NCBI GenBank assembly: GCA_943348755.1
Contig: CALQYS010000001.1
Span: 69,963-133,962 of the forward strand
Direction: 5' to 3'
Source: Candidatus Nomurabacteria bacterium
GTDB lineage: Bacteria; Patescibacteriota; Minisyncoccia; Phycocordibacterales; UBA9973
DNA: 64,000 bases
Made by a program: the position numbers and the translations under genes
Notes under the pieces: generated by a model
Database searches by the model: none
What the model saw: only the letters and a program-made list of their open reading frames with translations
What the model was told of the DNA's origin: nothing
In this document: positions 1-9,869 of the stretch, in pieces
Numbering within the stretch: position 1 is the stretch's first letter
How the letters are laid out: every line of letters begins with the position of its first letter

Positions 1-225
1 GGGAGGGGTCTAGGGAAAAAGCTAATGGAGAAAGCTTTTGAATGGTTTGGTCCGAATCTAGAGGTCAGGCTCAAGGTGGTCAAATACAACTCCAGAGCTA
101 TCGCTTTCTATAAAAAATTTGGATTTAAGGAAACCACAACAAAAGTTCTTTACCAAGGTACAACTCTCCCGAGCGGAAAAGAAATTCCCCGAATTGAAAT
201 GGTTAAACAAGCTACTTTAGCTTAG
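1..225 (+). CDS. GNAT-family N-acetyltransferase, C-terminal fragment (gene continues upstream of window)
   Basis: Frame is open from nt 1 (GRGLGKKLMEKAFEW...). 'GRGLGKKLM' matches the acetyl-CoA-binding R/Q-x-x-G-x-G/A motif and 'AIAFYKKFGFKE' is the typical GNAT C-terminal motif. Confidence 0.5.
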   Translation, partial: GRGLGKKLMEKAFEWFGPNLEVRLKVVKYNSRAIAFYKKFGFKETTTKVLYQGTTLPSGKEIPRIEMVKQATLA

Positions 226-247
226 TAAAGTGGGTATTTCTTGTGAT

Positions 248-937
248 TTATATCAATCTAAGTAGTTGGTTTGCAAAACGAATTAAATCAGCAACTTCAT
301 TTGGGTCTGTGTAAGAGACTACTCGGTGGCTGGTGGGATTTTTCAAAAGGCCAATAGCTCCAGAAAAAAGGTTATGTTTCGCTAGTTGCTCTGGGACAGG
401 AGAAGTTTTATCAGTTAGTAATCCCGTATTTGCTTTAAATGCTTTGCTCATCAAATCAATGCCTATGTCAGTTTCAGCTAAGTTTGCCTTGCGTCTAACC
501 CTAACTTCTACTTCACGAAAAGCTTGAAATATGGCTGTCTCGTAGTCACCTCTAATAAAAGTAGGTTTTACTTTTTCTATTAAAACTGGATCAAGCCCAG
601 ACGAAGGTAGTAATGAACCTTTTTGATAAACACTAAAATCTTTTTCTTGCAAGATTTTCTTACCTTTCCGGGTAACAAAACTCCATCCATCAGTTGTTCC
701 TGGTTGGGGAGCTAGGAACCCCTCTACTTCTAGCCACATCCAAGCTTCCATTAAAACTCTATAAACATCACCCGATTTTCTTTGAGCATAACTTTCAATT
801 TCTGCATTTGGAAGGCTGAAGTTGTAACGATTTAAGTTGGGCTGAGTTTCTAGGTATCTCAATACAATAGGAGCAATTTCTTCTGGTTGCATTGAGAGTA
901 AGTCTTCTATTGGAGGCAATAATTCTAAGAGTCTCAT
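248..937 (-). CDS. Hypothetical protein with C-terminal TIGR02391-like domain
   Basis: 229 aa. C-terminal half (GDYETAIFQAFREVEVRVRRKA...DLMSKAFKANTGLLTD...LFSGAIGLLKNPTSHR) matches, from memory, the conserved TIGR02391 'hypothetical/Abi-associated' domain signature (DLM..AF...LTD...LF.GA....RNP.sH). The ATG overlaps the pepN stop (ATGA). Confidence 0.55.
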   Translation of the reverse strand: MRLLELLPPIEDLLSMQPEEIAPIVLRYLETQPNLNRYNFSLPNAEIESYAQRKSGDVYRVLMEAWMWLEVEGFLAPQPGTTDGWSFVTRKGKKILQEKDFSVYQKGSLLPSSGLDPVLIEKVKPTFIRGDYETAIFQAFREVEVRVRRKANLAETDIGIDLMSKAFKANTGLLTDKTSPVPEQLAKHNLFSGAIGLLKNPTSHRVVSYTDPNEVADLIRFANQLLRLI

Positions 938-3591
938 AATTTATATTTTCTCTCCAAAAACCTTTCTATTTTCCTTCCGTCTCTTTTGAGCCAAGCGACG
1001 TTGCCTTCGAGCCGCTCGAGGACTTGCTGGATAGAGCGCTTGGCTCCTGGGGCATCGTGGGTGGTAAAGAATTTTTTAAAAGATTTGAGGTGTTTCTCTT
1101 CCGCGCTACTTGAAATAGCCTTCACGAGTCGGGCGAGGGTGTGTCCACCGTCCCCATAGCGGGCGACAAGCTGTACCCACTTCTTTTGTACAAAGTCGAG
1201 CCAGATGTCTCGACCGAGAGGGTTGGCGCCAACAGAGGAGAGGATGCCGATAGTGTCTTGTTTGCGGACATGTTCAGAGAAGGAAAATTCACAAGTTAGT
1301 TTTAATAGTTTGTCATCACAGAAATCACCCAAGGCGCTTCCGATTCTGTTTTTCTCTTCGTGTAATGTCTCTGCTTTGTATTTTTTGATAAAAGTGTCGT
1401 ATTCTTTCTGTCCGCCATGCTTCGCAATAATAGAATAAATAGCTCCGCGGAGGTCAGGATTTACATGTCCACCTGTCTGAAGGCTGGTGAACTTCTTTTT
1501 GGCTTCATCTATTACTTTTTGATCACCCGAACGTCCAGCGCGAGAGATGGCAAGGGAGCGTAGCAAGGCGTCAGTGTGTGCTTCACCTTGCTTCTTTTCC
1601 CAGCCTAATTTACGAGCAAGAGGGGAGAAAAGGGAGAGAGCAAGCTCGTCGAGTTTATTTTTTACTTTATCCTCTTTCGCCAATAAGGCCTCCAGCCTAC
1701 CTATACCCATGGCTAATTCGAGCCAGACGGTGTAATTATCTTCGTTTTTATATGCAGATAGGAACTCGAGAGCATCAGTCGTTGGCACTGTGCCTGCTTC
1801 TGCTAGAGCAAAGAGGTCTCTGATGATGCCGAGTCTGTCTCGCGCAGACAGGAGTTTCTTTTCTACCGGCATTTTTAGCTTTTCTAAAAGTTCTGTGGAA
1901 TATGCTGTTCTGAAAAATCCTGCCTCGCCAAAATTAACCTTTATCCAAAAATCTTGTAAATCAAACTTTTTGCCCCTCGTTGCAGGCACACTTTTTAAAA
2001 AGCCTTGCGCAGGCGGGTAGCCGAGCAGTTCGCTCCCAAAGCTTTGGGAGATAGATTGCTTTATAAAAAGTTGTGCCAAGAAAGAGGGGCTATGACCAAA
2101 AGAGACAGAAACGGGTACTTGCCATAGAGTCTTATCTTTTGTCTTTGCTTTTGACGCTGGACTTGCAAAGAATCTTTCTTGGGAAAGTTTTAATTTGTCA
2201 TTTTTCATCTCTGCTTTTATTACCGGATATCCGGGTTTGCCAGTCCAGTTTTTCATCATCTTTGCCACTGGCTTCTTGGAAACTTTTTCAAACGCTTCCC
2301 ACAAGTGAAAGGTCTCAGTATTTTTATAGCTATGCTTTTTGAGATAATGTCGCAGTCCATCGCGGAAATCTTTTTCACCGAGATAGTCTGCAAGCATGCG
2401 GATGACGGAAGCGCCTTTAGAATAGGACACTTCATCAAATATCTCGCCTATTTCATCAGGGTGATGCACGTGGATCTCGATCGGATGCGTGTGGAGCAGG
2501 GCGTCGAGGCGGAGCGCAGTGCCGAGCTCGTTGGTGGAGAATTGGGTCCAGATGTCCCAATGAGGGAAAAGTTTATCGATCGCGAGGTATTCTATGTATG
2601 AAGCAAAGCCTTCATTTAGCCATAGGTGCGTCCACCATTCCATGGTTACCAAGTTGCCAAACCATTGATGCGCTATTTCATGAGCTATAACGAGAGCCAC
2701 CCATTGCTTGTTGCCGATAGAGGAATGGTTTTCATCTACCAAAAGGGCTGATTCACGATATGTGATGGCACCCCAGTTTTCCATGGCTCCGGAAGTAAAG
2801 TCGGGGATGGCAATCATGTCGAGGACTGGCAGGGGATATGCGATGTCAAAATATTCTTCGTAAAATTCAAGGGTCTTCACGGCGCAGTCGAGGGCGAACT
2901 TCGCTTGGTGTTTTTTCCCTGGGGTGGTAAATACTCGCACCTGTACGTTATTTTTTGTTTTGGATTCTATATATTCAAAGTCTCCAATGATAAACGCTAA
3001 AAGGTAGGTAGACATTTTTGGCGTCGGAGAAAATTTAATTATTTCGTAGCCGGCTTCGTGTTCGGAAACAGAAACTGGCAAAGTGTTTGATATAGCAGTT
3101 TTACCTTTTGGAATGATGAGCGAGACATGGAAAACTGCTTTCTGGGCTGGTTCGTCAAAGCAGGGGAAGGCTCGACGGGCATCTGTGGCTTCAAACTGCG
3201 TCGTAGCCATGTGATGTTCTTTATCACCAATAGTATACTTGCTTCGATAGAAGCCCCGCATCTTGTCATTGAGGATACCTTTAAATACGATAGTTAATTT
3301 TATTTTTCCTTTGTTCTCTTTAGGAATATTTTTAGGGAAAGTGAAAGTGGCTGTCTCAGACTTTTCATCATAAGAAATTTTCGCGAAATCATCTTTAATT
3401 CGGGCTGTCTCTATCTCTATCTCTTTGCAGTGTAGCGTGAGTGTCTTTGTCGGTTTCAAAATAGAGAGAGTAATAGTCTCAATTCCCTCAAAAGTAAAAT
3501 TGTTTAGATCAGGCCGTAATTGAATATCGTACTCTATCGGAACGACGTTTTTAGATAAGCGTACGCTCTTTGCAGTTTGCTTCTTTTGCAT
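934..3591 (-). CDS. pepN: Aminopeptidase N (M1 family zinc metallopeptidase)
   Basis: GAMEN exopeptidase motif, HEIAHQWFGNLVT (HExxH) and the downstream LWLNEGFASY glutamate. ERAP1-like C-terminal domain present. Start moved to the internal Met (MQKKQTAKSV...) because the first 23 codons of the listed ORF are Cys-rich junk. Confidence 0.9.
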   Translation of the reverse strand: MQKKQTAKSVRLSKNVVPIEYDIQLRPDLNNFTFEGIETITLSILKPTKTLTLHCKEIEIETARIKDDFAKISYDEKSETATFTFPKNIPKENKGKIKLTIVFKGILNDKMRGFYRSKYTIGDKEHHMATTQFEATDARRAFPCFDEPAQKAVFHVSLIIPKGKTAISNTLPVSVSEHEAGYEIIKFSPTPKMSTYLLAFIIGDFEYIESKTKNNVQVRVFTTPGKKHQAKFALDCAVKTLEFYEEYFDIAYPLPVLDMIAIPDFTSGAMENWGAITYRESALLVDENHSSIGNKQWVALVIAHEIAHQWFGNLVTMEWWTHLWLNEGFASYIEYLAIDKLFPHWDIWTQFSTNELGTALRLDALLHTHPIEIHVHHPDEIGEIFDEVSYSKGASVIRMLADYLGEKDFRDGLRHYLKKHSYKNTETFHLWEAFEKVSKKPVAKMMKNWTGKPGYPVIKAEMKNDKLKLSQERFFASPASKAKTKDKTLWQVPVSVSFGHSPSFLAQLFIKQSISQSFGSELLGYPPAQGFLKSVPATRGKKFDLQDFWIKVNFGEAGFFRTAYSTELLEKLKMPVEKKLLSARDRLGIIRDLFALAEAGTVPTTDALEFLSAYKNEDNYTVWLELAMGIGRLEALLAKEDKVKNKLDELALSLFSPLARKLGWEKKQGEAHTDALLRSLAISRAGRSGDQKVIDEAKKKFTSLQTGGHVNPDLRGAIYSIIAKHGGQKEYDTFIKKYKAETLHEEKNRIGSALGDFCDDKLLKLTCEFSFSEHVRKQDTIGILSSVGANPLGRDIWLDFVQKKWVQLVARYGDGGHTLARLVKAISSSAEEKHLKSFKKFFTTHDAPGAKRSIQQVLERLEGNVAWLKRDGRKIERFLERKYKL

Positions 3592-3621
3592 GATTTTCAG
3601 TATATCTTTTTTTACGAAAAA

Positions 3622-3630
3622 TGCTAATAT
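3622..3630 (+). promoter_or_regulatory. Extended -10 element (TGcTAATAT) 6 nt upstream of the scpA ATG, implying a leaderless mRNA
   Basis: tgcTAATATacaaggATG; no usable leader or SD. Confidence 0.3.
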
Positions 3631-3636
3631 ACAAGG

Positions 3637-4398
3637 ATGAATACAGGTATCCCGACACAAACATTTCAGATAAAAACGACTGGTTTTGAAGGTCCGTTTG
3701 GGTTGCTTTTGGAGCTAGTAGAAAAGCGGAAACTTCATATTAATGATGTATCTTTGGCATCGGTTACAGAAGACTATTTGAACTATATAAATAAAATGGG
3801 GAATCTACATCCAGCCGAAGTGGCGAGTTTTGTGTTGGTGGCTTCTACTCTCATTTTAATAAAATCAAAATCCCTTTTGCCGAACCTGAGTCTGACCGGT
3901 GAAGAAGAAGGGGATATAAAGAATCTAGAAGAAAGGCTGCGCTTGTTTGAAATTTTCACAAAACTGGGTGTAAATGTGAAAAATATGTTTGGAGAGAAAA
4001 TAATCTTTGCTCCGCTCGAAAGGAAAAACGATGTCTTAGTATTTTTGCCAGATGAGCAGATTACAAAAGAAAGCATGATGGGTTTTGCCAAGGGCGCTCT
4101 TGGAAGTATGCCCAAAAAGGTATCTATGCCAGAAGTGGAGGTGCGAAAAGTCATCAGCATCGAAGAAATGATCAACAATCTGACGGAAAGAATCCAGAAT
4201 TCGGTGAAGATGAGCTTCAAAGATTTTGCAGGTAAGGCTAAAACGAAAGAAGAAAAGGTGTTTGTAATTGTGGGGTTTTTGGCGATGCTGGAATTGGTCA
4301 GAAGTGGTATATTAAACGTTGTGCAAGAGAGCGGTTTCGCGGATATTATTATTGAGAAGCAAGAAGGTCCGATTCAGTTGATGCAAGAAAATTTATAG
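3637..4398 (+). CDS. scpA: Segregation and condensation protein A
   Basis: LLELVEKRKLHINDVSLASVTEDYLNYI is a typical ScpA N-terminus; 253 aa; followed by scpB. Confidence 0.85.
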   Translation: MNTGIPTQTFQIKTTGFEGPFGLLLELVEKRKLHINDVSLASVTEDYLNYINKMGNLHPAEVASFVLVASTLILIKSKSLLPNLSLTGEEEGDIKNLEERLRLFEIFTKLGVNVKNMFGEKIIFAPLERKNDVLVFLPDEQITKESMMGFAKGALGSMPKKVSMPEVEVRKVISIEEMINNLTERIQNSVKMSFKDFAGKAKTKEEKVFVIVGFLAMLELVRSGILNVVQESGFADIIIEKQEGPIQLMQENL

Positions 4399-4476
4399 AA
4401 ATAAACTTTGCCAGAGCCTTATCCTTATGGCCTAACGCAGGAAAGTTTGATTTTTATAAATTTTCTCAGAATTAAA

Positions 4477-5043
4477 ATGATGAATTTAGAATCAAAAATA
4501 GAAGCTATACTTTTCTGGAAAGGGGAACCAATGTCACGCAAAAAGCTGGCAGAAGTTTTGAAAGTTGGTGAGCTTGAAATAAACGAAGGGATAGAAAAAC
4601 TGAAAGAAAATTTAAAACAGAGGGGGATAGTATTAATAGAAAAGGAAAATGAAATCGCTCTCGGCACAGCGCCGGAACTTTCAGATTTGATTGAAAATTT
4701 ACAAAAAGAAGAATTAAATAAAGATCTTTCAAAAGCAAGCCTGGAAACCTTATCAATAGTTTTATATAAAAATGGCGTCAGTCGAGCGGAAATAGACTAT
4801 ATCAGAGGAGTAAACTCTGGTTTTACTTTGCGCGCTTTATCTATCCGCGGATTAGTAGAAAGAATTACCGATCCTAAAGACAACAGGCGTTTCATCTATA
4901 AGCCAAGTTTTGAACTCTTGTCCTACATGGGCGTACAATCAGTGACGGAACTTCCTGACTATGCGGAAGTCCTGGGTTCTATCGATATCGCCGCGAAAAG
5001 TTTAGAAGAGGAATCTAATAATGAAGAAACAGGTACAAACTAA
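4477..5043 (+). CDS. scpB: Segregation and condensation protein B
   Basis: MMNLESKIEAILFWKGEPMSRKKLAEVL... is a ScpB winged-helix N-terminus. Start placed at the internal Met pair rather than the upstream ORF start. Confidence 0.8.
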   Translation: MMNLESKIEAILFWKGEPMSRKKLAEVLKVGELEINEGIEKLKENLKQRGIVLIEKENEIALGTAPELSDLIENLQKEELNKDLSKASLETLSIVLYKNGVSRAEIDYIRGVNSGFTLRALSIRGLVERITDPKDNRRFIYKPSFELLSYMGVQSVTELPDYAEVLGSIDIAAKSLEEESNNEETGTN

Positions 5044-6754
5044 AAATTGTCAAAACTGTAAAAATGACTTCGTAATAGAGCCGGATGATTTTGGTTTTTA
5101 TGAAAAAATAAAAGTTCCACCACCGACATTTTGTCCAGAATGTCGAAATCAGCGACGGCACTCCTGGAGAAATGACACTTCTTTATATAGTAGAACGTGT
5201 GATTTATGTAAAAAATCTGTAGTGACAATTTATTCTAAAGAATCAAGTGTGACTGTCTACTGTAATAAATGTTGGTGGGGAGACGGATGGGATCCCCTAA
5301 AGTATGCTCAAGATTATGACTTTTCTCGACCTTTTTTTGAACAGTTCAAAGAGCTCTCGTTAAAGGTTCCACATCTAGCTTTAGTGAATGATGATGGCAT
5401 CGCGAGCATGAATTGTGAATATACACAAGATTTTTCGTTTGCAAAAAATTGTTACATGGTTTTTATTGGATGGAAAGTTGAAAATGTTATGTATAGCTAT
5501 TACACTTCTGCTGGTAAAGACATGGTGGACTGCTTAGATATAAAATCAAAAAATGATTTTTTATACGAATGCATGCGATGTGCTACTTCGTATAGATTAA
5601 AATACTCTCAACAGTCAAAAAATTGTATAGATTCTCAATTTCTTTTTAATTGTATGAATTGTACGGATTGTTTTATGTGTACAATGCTTGTTGGTAAGAA
5701 ATATTTTTTTAAAAACAAACAATATTCTAAAGAAGAATATGAAAAAATATTAGAGAGTTATAAACTAGATACATTTAGTGGGGTAAAAAGAGCTCAGAAG
5801 GAGTACGATGAGTTCATCTTAAAATATCCTAAACGATACGTTTATGTTTTTAACAGTAAGGGTTGTATAGGAGATGCCATCTCGTATTCGAAAAATTCAC
5901 AATTTTGTTTTAACGTTAAAAAATCAGAAAATTGTAAGTGGGTAGATAATTCTGATTCCCCAAAAGATTCATATGATATGTCGACTGGGGGTGAACTCAG
6001 CGAATGCTACGAAGATATAACCTGTGATCATTCAAGCCGTAATTTATTTGGAATTTTTTCCTGGAAAAGTCAGGACATGGAATATACTCAGCATTGCCAT
6101 TCTTCCAAATCACTTTTTGGCTGTGTAGGTTTAAGAAATAAAAAATATTGCATTTTTAATAAACAATATTCCAAAGAGCAGTATGAAATACTGGTAGAAA
6201 AAATTAGAAAACAAATGGCAGAATTGCCGTATAAAGATGCTAATGGAATTGTATATAAATATGGAGAATTTTATCCTGCAGAACTATCGTATTTTGGCTA
6301 TAACGAAACAATAGCAAGTGAACGTTTTCCTTTAAGGAAAAATGAAGCTATTTCCAGAAATTTAAACTGGCAAGATAAGGTCCAAAAAACCACTGGCAAG
6401 GAAACTCTTAGGCCAGAAAATATTCCCGATAGCATAAACGAGGTAGGAGAATCTATATTAGACGAGGTACTGGCATGTATTGATTGCACAAGAAATTATA
6501 AAATTGTACCGAACGAGTTTATTTTCTACAAAAAAATGAGTGTTCCGATACCCAGGAGGTGTTTTTATTGCCGGCACGACGCCAGACTCAAGCGTCGCAA
6601 TCCCTTTAAGCTTTGGCATCGAAAATGTATGTGCGACAAGAGGGGGCATGCTAATCATGAAGGAAAATGTGAAATAGAGTTTGAAACTACTTACGCTCCG
6701 GAGCGTCCAGAAATTGTTTATTGCGAAAAATGTTATCAAGCAGAAGTATACTAG
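5021..6754 (+). CDS. Cysteine-rich protein, paralog A (about 35 Cys; N- and C-terminal zinc-ribbon modules; family unknown)
   Basis: 577 aa. N-terminus CQNCKNDFVIEPDDFGFYEKIKVPPPTFCPECRNQRR plus three more CxxC pairs. Central periodic [DN]C..C repeats. C-terminal CIDC...RRCFYCRH...YCEKCYQAEVY. Paralogous to 35888-37555 and 37603-39264. Start overlaps the scpB 3' end by 23 nt. Confidence 0.75.
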   Translation: MKKQVQTKNCQNCKNDFVIEPDDFGFYEKIKVPPPTFCPECRNQRRHSWRNDTSLYSRTCDLCKKSVVTIYSKESSVTVYCNKCWWGDGWDPLKYAQDYDFSRPFFEQFKELSLKVPHLALVNDDGIASMNCEYTQDFSFAKNCYMVFIGWKVENVMYSYYTSAGKDMVDCLDIKSKNDFLYECMRCATSYRLKYSQQSKNCIDSQFLFNCMNCTDCFMCTMLVGKKYFFKNKQYSKEEYEKILESYKLDTFSGVKRAQKEYDEFILKYPKRYVYVFNSKGCIGDAISYSKNSQFCFNVKKSENCKWVDNSDSPKDSYDMSTGGELSECYEDITCDHSSRNLFGIFSWKSQDMEYTQHCHSSKSLFGCVGLRNKKYCIFNKQYSKEQYEILVEKIRKQMAELPYKDANGIVYKYGEFYPAELSYFGYNETIASERFPLRKNEAISRNLNWQDKVQKTTGKETLRPENIPDSINEVGESILDEVLACIDCTRNYKIVPNEFIFYKKMSVPIPRRCFYCRHDARLKRRNPFKLWHRKCMCDKRGHANHEGKCEIEFETTYAPERPEIVYCEKCYQAEVY

Positions 6755-7596
6755 AGACACTCCGGATTAATGCTAAGCACGTAATCATTTATCAAATCAA
6801 AAGAAGGCACATATTCATCTCCATCAAATCCATCGATGTCTTCGTTGGTTATTAGTCTTTTGTATTCTCGGGTAAAATCTCGAGAAAGTGGTAGGTATGA
6901 CCAATGCCACTTTTCTTCATTGTAACCAGTCAGTCTAAAATCATTTTTTTCATTATACGTCTCGCAAAAGCCAAAGAGGGGAGCGTTTTTGACTAGCCAT
7001 GTATATACCTTTTCGCCTTCTTCTGTTTCAAAGAATTTTGGGGTTACACTATTTATATCTATTTCTGTGCCCCAATGGTGTCTCGAAGTACCGGGCACAG
7101 CACTGTAGTTTAATATTTTTTCGAATCTTTCCTGACCATCTGGAATACTTTTGGATAGATCTTTTCCATCCACAAAAATAGTGCCTTTCCACTTGCCATT
7201 CCAAAGATCTTTTTGATAAGCAAAATTCCTAGTGGCCGAAGTTATATTTAATTCTATATCCTCCTTTTCAGCAGTCTCTGCCATCTTTTCAAAAGCATCT
7301 AAGGCTTCTTTTCTCAAGTACATATTGTATCCAGCGATGGCGTATTTCAAAGGTACAAGAGTGAAATCCTTCCTTTTTGATGGATCAAATTTGCCAGTCA
7401 AATAAATCTTTTTTTCGATATCCTCCTTTGCTTTTTTTATAGCTGCTTCTTCTCTTAGAATTTTCTGATAATTTTCTTCGTTTTCTTTTTCTTGTCTTAT
7501 GTCTAAAAAGTCGCTAGTGAAATAAGGTACAAGAACCAGAAGCACAAGAACCAGTAAAAAGAGAGATGAAGTGAGGTTTAGGATGTGTTTTTTCAC
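6751..7596 (-). CDS. D-alanyl-D-alanine carboxypeptidase-like peptidase (M15/VanY family), membrane anchored
   Basis: N-terminal TM helix; SRHHWGTEIDI matches the VanY SxHxxGxAxD motif; downstream EEKWH (ExxH). Convergent 4-nt CTAG stop overlap with paralog A. Confidence 0.7.
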   Translation of the reverse strand: MKKHILNLTSSLFLLVLVLLVLVPYFTSDFLDIRQEKENEENYQKILREEAAIKKAKEDIEKKIYLTGKFDPSKRKDFTLVPLKYAIAGYNMYLRKEALDAFEKMAETAEKEDIELNITSATRNFAYQKDLWNGKWKGTIFVDGKDLSKSIPDGQERFEKILNYSAVPGTSRHHWGTEIDINSVTPKFFETEEGEKVYTWLVKNAPLFGFCETYNEKNDFRLTGYNEEKWHWSYLPLSRDFTREYKRLITNEDIDGFDGDEYVPSFDLINDYVLSINPECL

Positions 7597-7652
7597 TTAG
7601 AGACAATAACATATTGGTGTACTTTAATCAAAAAAATGCTATATTTATTTAT

Positions 7653-8705
7653 ATGTATTTGAATTTAATCAAAATTTTCTTACCAACCTTGGTAGCTTTT
7701 TTCTTAGGACTTTTTTTTACGCCGATTGCCACTCACTTTTTTTATAAATACAAGATGTGGAAAAAATATGGTAGAAGCGTAACCACCACCTCAGACTTTT
7801 CGAAAATTCACAATGAAAAAGAGGAATTAAAGACCCCAAGAGTCGGTGGGATAATAATCTGGGTCTCTGTCCTCACGACTGTTCTAGTTTTTTATTTGTT
7901 TTCTGTTTTGTTTCCCTCAGAATATAGTTTCCAGATGAATTTTCTAAGTCGAAACCAAACTCTTATACCACTTTTCACACTTTTAGTTGGGTCACTGATT
8001 GGACTTTGGGATGATTTAATTCAAATATATGGAAATGGTGATTTCGCCCGTGATGATAAATCTTGGCGAAAATGGAAAGCCTCACTTATCGGAATTTTAT
8101 CTCTTTTAATTGGTATTTGGTTTTTTTATAAATTGGGGCTAACGTCTGTCCACATTCCCTTTAACGGAGAACTTCATTTGGGTATTCTTATCATCCCATT
8201 TTTTATAATTGTCGCTCTCGCCACTTTTTCTGGGGGAGTGATTGATGGAATAGATGGACTTTCCGGTGGAGTTCTGGCTTCTATTTTTGCTGCATACTCG
8301 GCAATAGCATATGCTCATAACCAAATGGACATTGCTGCTTTTTCGGGGGTTATTACTGGAGCTACATTGGCATTTCTTTGGTTTAACATTCCTCCTGCCA
8401 GGTTCTACATGGGGGAGACTGGTATTATGGGGCTTACCATCACCCTGGCGACGATCGCATTTTTAACCGATTCAGTCTTTATTCTTCCCGTTGTCGCATT
8501 ACCCCTTGTCATCACATCTCTTTCTGTTATTTTGCAAATGATTTCAAAAAGATTTCGGGGTGGAAAAAGATTATTCAAACTTGCTCCTATACATCATCAC
8601 TTTGAGGCAATTGGCTGGTCATCTTATAAAGTTACAATGCGTTTTTGGGTCATATCAGTTGTCTTTGCTGTCATCGGCGTAATTTTAGCAGTTATAAGTC
8701 GATAA
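7653..8705 (+). CDS. mraY: Phospho-N-acetylmuramoyl-pentapeptide transferase
   Basis: VIDGIDGLSGG and LAPIHHHFE signature motifs; about 10 TM helices. Start set at the ATG (MYLNLIK); the track ORF begins at an upstream TTG. Confidence 0.9.
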   Translation: MYLNLIKIFLPTLVAFFLGLFFTPIATHFFYKYKMWKKYGRSVTTTSDFSKIHNEKEELKTPRVGGIIIWVSVLTTVLVFYLFSVLFPSEYSFQMNFLSRNQTLIPLFTLLVGSLIGLWDDLIQIYGNGDFARDDKSWRKWKASLIGILSLLIGIWFFYKLGLTSVHIPFNGELHLGILIIPFFIIVALATFSGGVIDGIDGLSGGVLASIFAAYSAIAYAHNQMDIAAFSGVITGATLAFLWFNIPPARFYMGETGIMGLTITLATIAFLTDSVFILPVVALPLVITSLSVILQMISKRFRGGKRLFKLAPIHHHFEAIGWSSYKVTMRFWVISVVFAVIGVILAVISR

Positions 8706-8728
8706 AAAGTCATATTGATTTAATCAAA

Positions 8729-9838
8729 ATGAAAGAAAAAAGGGTAGACAGATTTTTCCTAACAATTCTCGGCCTTTTACTGACTGTTGGGCTTGCCATT
8801 TTTATTTCTGCATCTTTGGGAATTTGGGCTAAAAATTCGAAAACCTTTTTCTCAGTTCTGTTTAGTCAGTTGATCCTTGGTCTTGGCATGGGGCTGGTCG
8901 GTATGTATTTCTGTTACAAAATTAATTATAAATTTTGGAGAAAATATTCTTTTTTAATTTTTATTAGTTCGATATTGTTGACAGCGTGCGTGTTTGTCCC
9001 ACATTTTGGATGGAGTCATGGTGGAGCGCAACGCTGGATACAACTTGGGAGCTTTTCCTTCCAACCGGTCGAATTTCTGAAGTTTGGGTTTGTTATTTAT
9101 TTTGCGGCCTGGTTATCTTGGGCTAAAAACAAGGTACAAGATTTTAAGTTTGGAATTTTACCATTTTCTATAATGCTTACACTTATCGCTGTTATCCTAC
9201 TTAAACAACCCGATACCAAGAGTTTTATTTTGATTTCTATTACTGGGACAGGGATGCTCTTGATTTCTGGTGTTCCATTGAAATACATCTTAGGCATGGG
9301 TGTGGGCGGGGTACTTCTTTTAGGCACGCTTCTTTTCTTTAAACCATATCTTCAAGAACGAGTGAAAACTTTTATTGACCCAGCTTCTAATCCACAAGGA
9401 TCTTCTTATCAAATTCAACAATCCTTCATTGCTCTGGGTTCGGGTGGAATTTTCGGTAGAGGCTTTGGTCAAAGTATTCAAAAATTCAGTTATCTCCCAG
9501 AACCACAAGGGGATTCTATTTTTGCTGTTTTGGGAGAGGAGTTGGGTTTTGTCGGGGCACTATCAACAATATTACTTTATTTACTCTTTACCTTACGTGG
9601 ATTTCGTATTGCCAATAATTCGCCGGATCTCTTTGGTAGACTTTTAGTCTATGGAATTGTTATACTAATTACGGTGCAGTCATTTATGCACATTGCTTCT
9701 GTTACTGGAGTTTTTCCACTAACAGGGGTGCCGCTTCCTTTTATGAGTGGCGGAGGTACTTCGCTTATGGTGTATCTTTCGGCGATGGGCATCGTGCTTC
9801 AAATATCGAAGTTCTCTGGGAGGGGTAGATCAACATAA
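8729..9838 (+). CDS. ftsW: SEDS-family peptidoglycan glycosyltransferase FtsW/RodA
   Basis: Polytopic membrane protein; GDSIFAVLGEELGFVGA and PLPFMSGGGTSL motifs. Start at MKEKRVDRFF, 24 nt after the mraY stop. Confidence 0.85.
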   Translation: MKEKRVDRFFLTILGLLLTVGLAIFISASLGIWAKNSKTFFSVLFSQLILGLGMGLVGMYFCYKINYKFWRKYSFLIFISSILLTACVFVPHFGWSHGGAQRWIQLGSFSFQPVEFLKFGFVIYFAAWLSWAKNKVQDFKFGILPFSIMLTLIAVILLKQPDTKSFILISITGTGMLLISGVPLKYILGMGVGGVLLLGTLLFFKPYLQERVKTFIDPASNPQGSSYQIQQSFIALGSGGIFGRGFGQSIQKFSYLPEPQGDSIFAVLGEELGFVGALSTILLYLLFTLRGFRIANNSPDLFGRLLVYGIVILITVQSFMHIASVTGVFPLTGVPLPFMSGGGTSLMVYLSAMGIVLQISKFSGRGRST

Positions 9839-9869
9839 TACTGAAGAATAAGTAATAATATTAAATCAT

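Noticed and set aside
1205-3269. Multiple 60-100-aa ORFs antisense to pepN (also those inside purL, guaA, guaB, PBP2, ctpA, Cys-rich genes, etc.)
   Set aside because: Embedded in or antisense to well-supported conserved CDSs; no independent signals.
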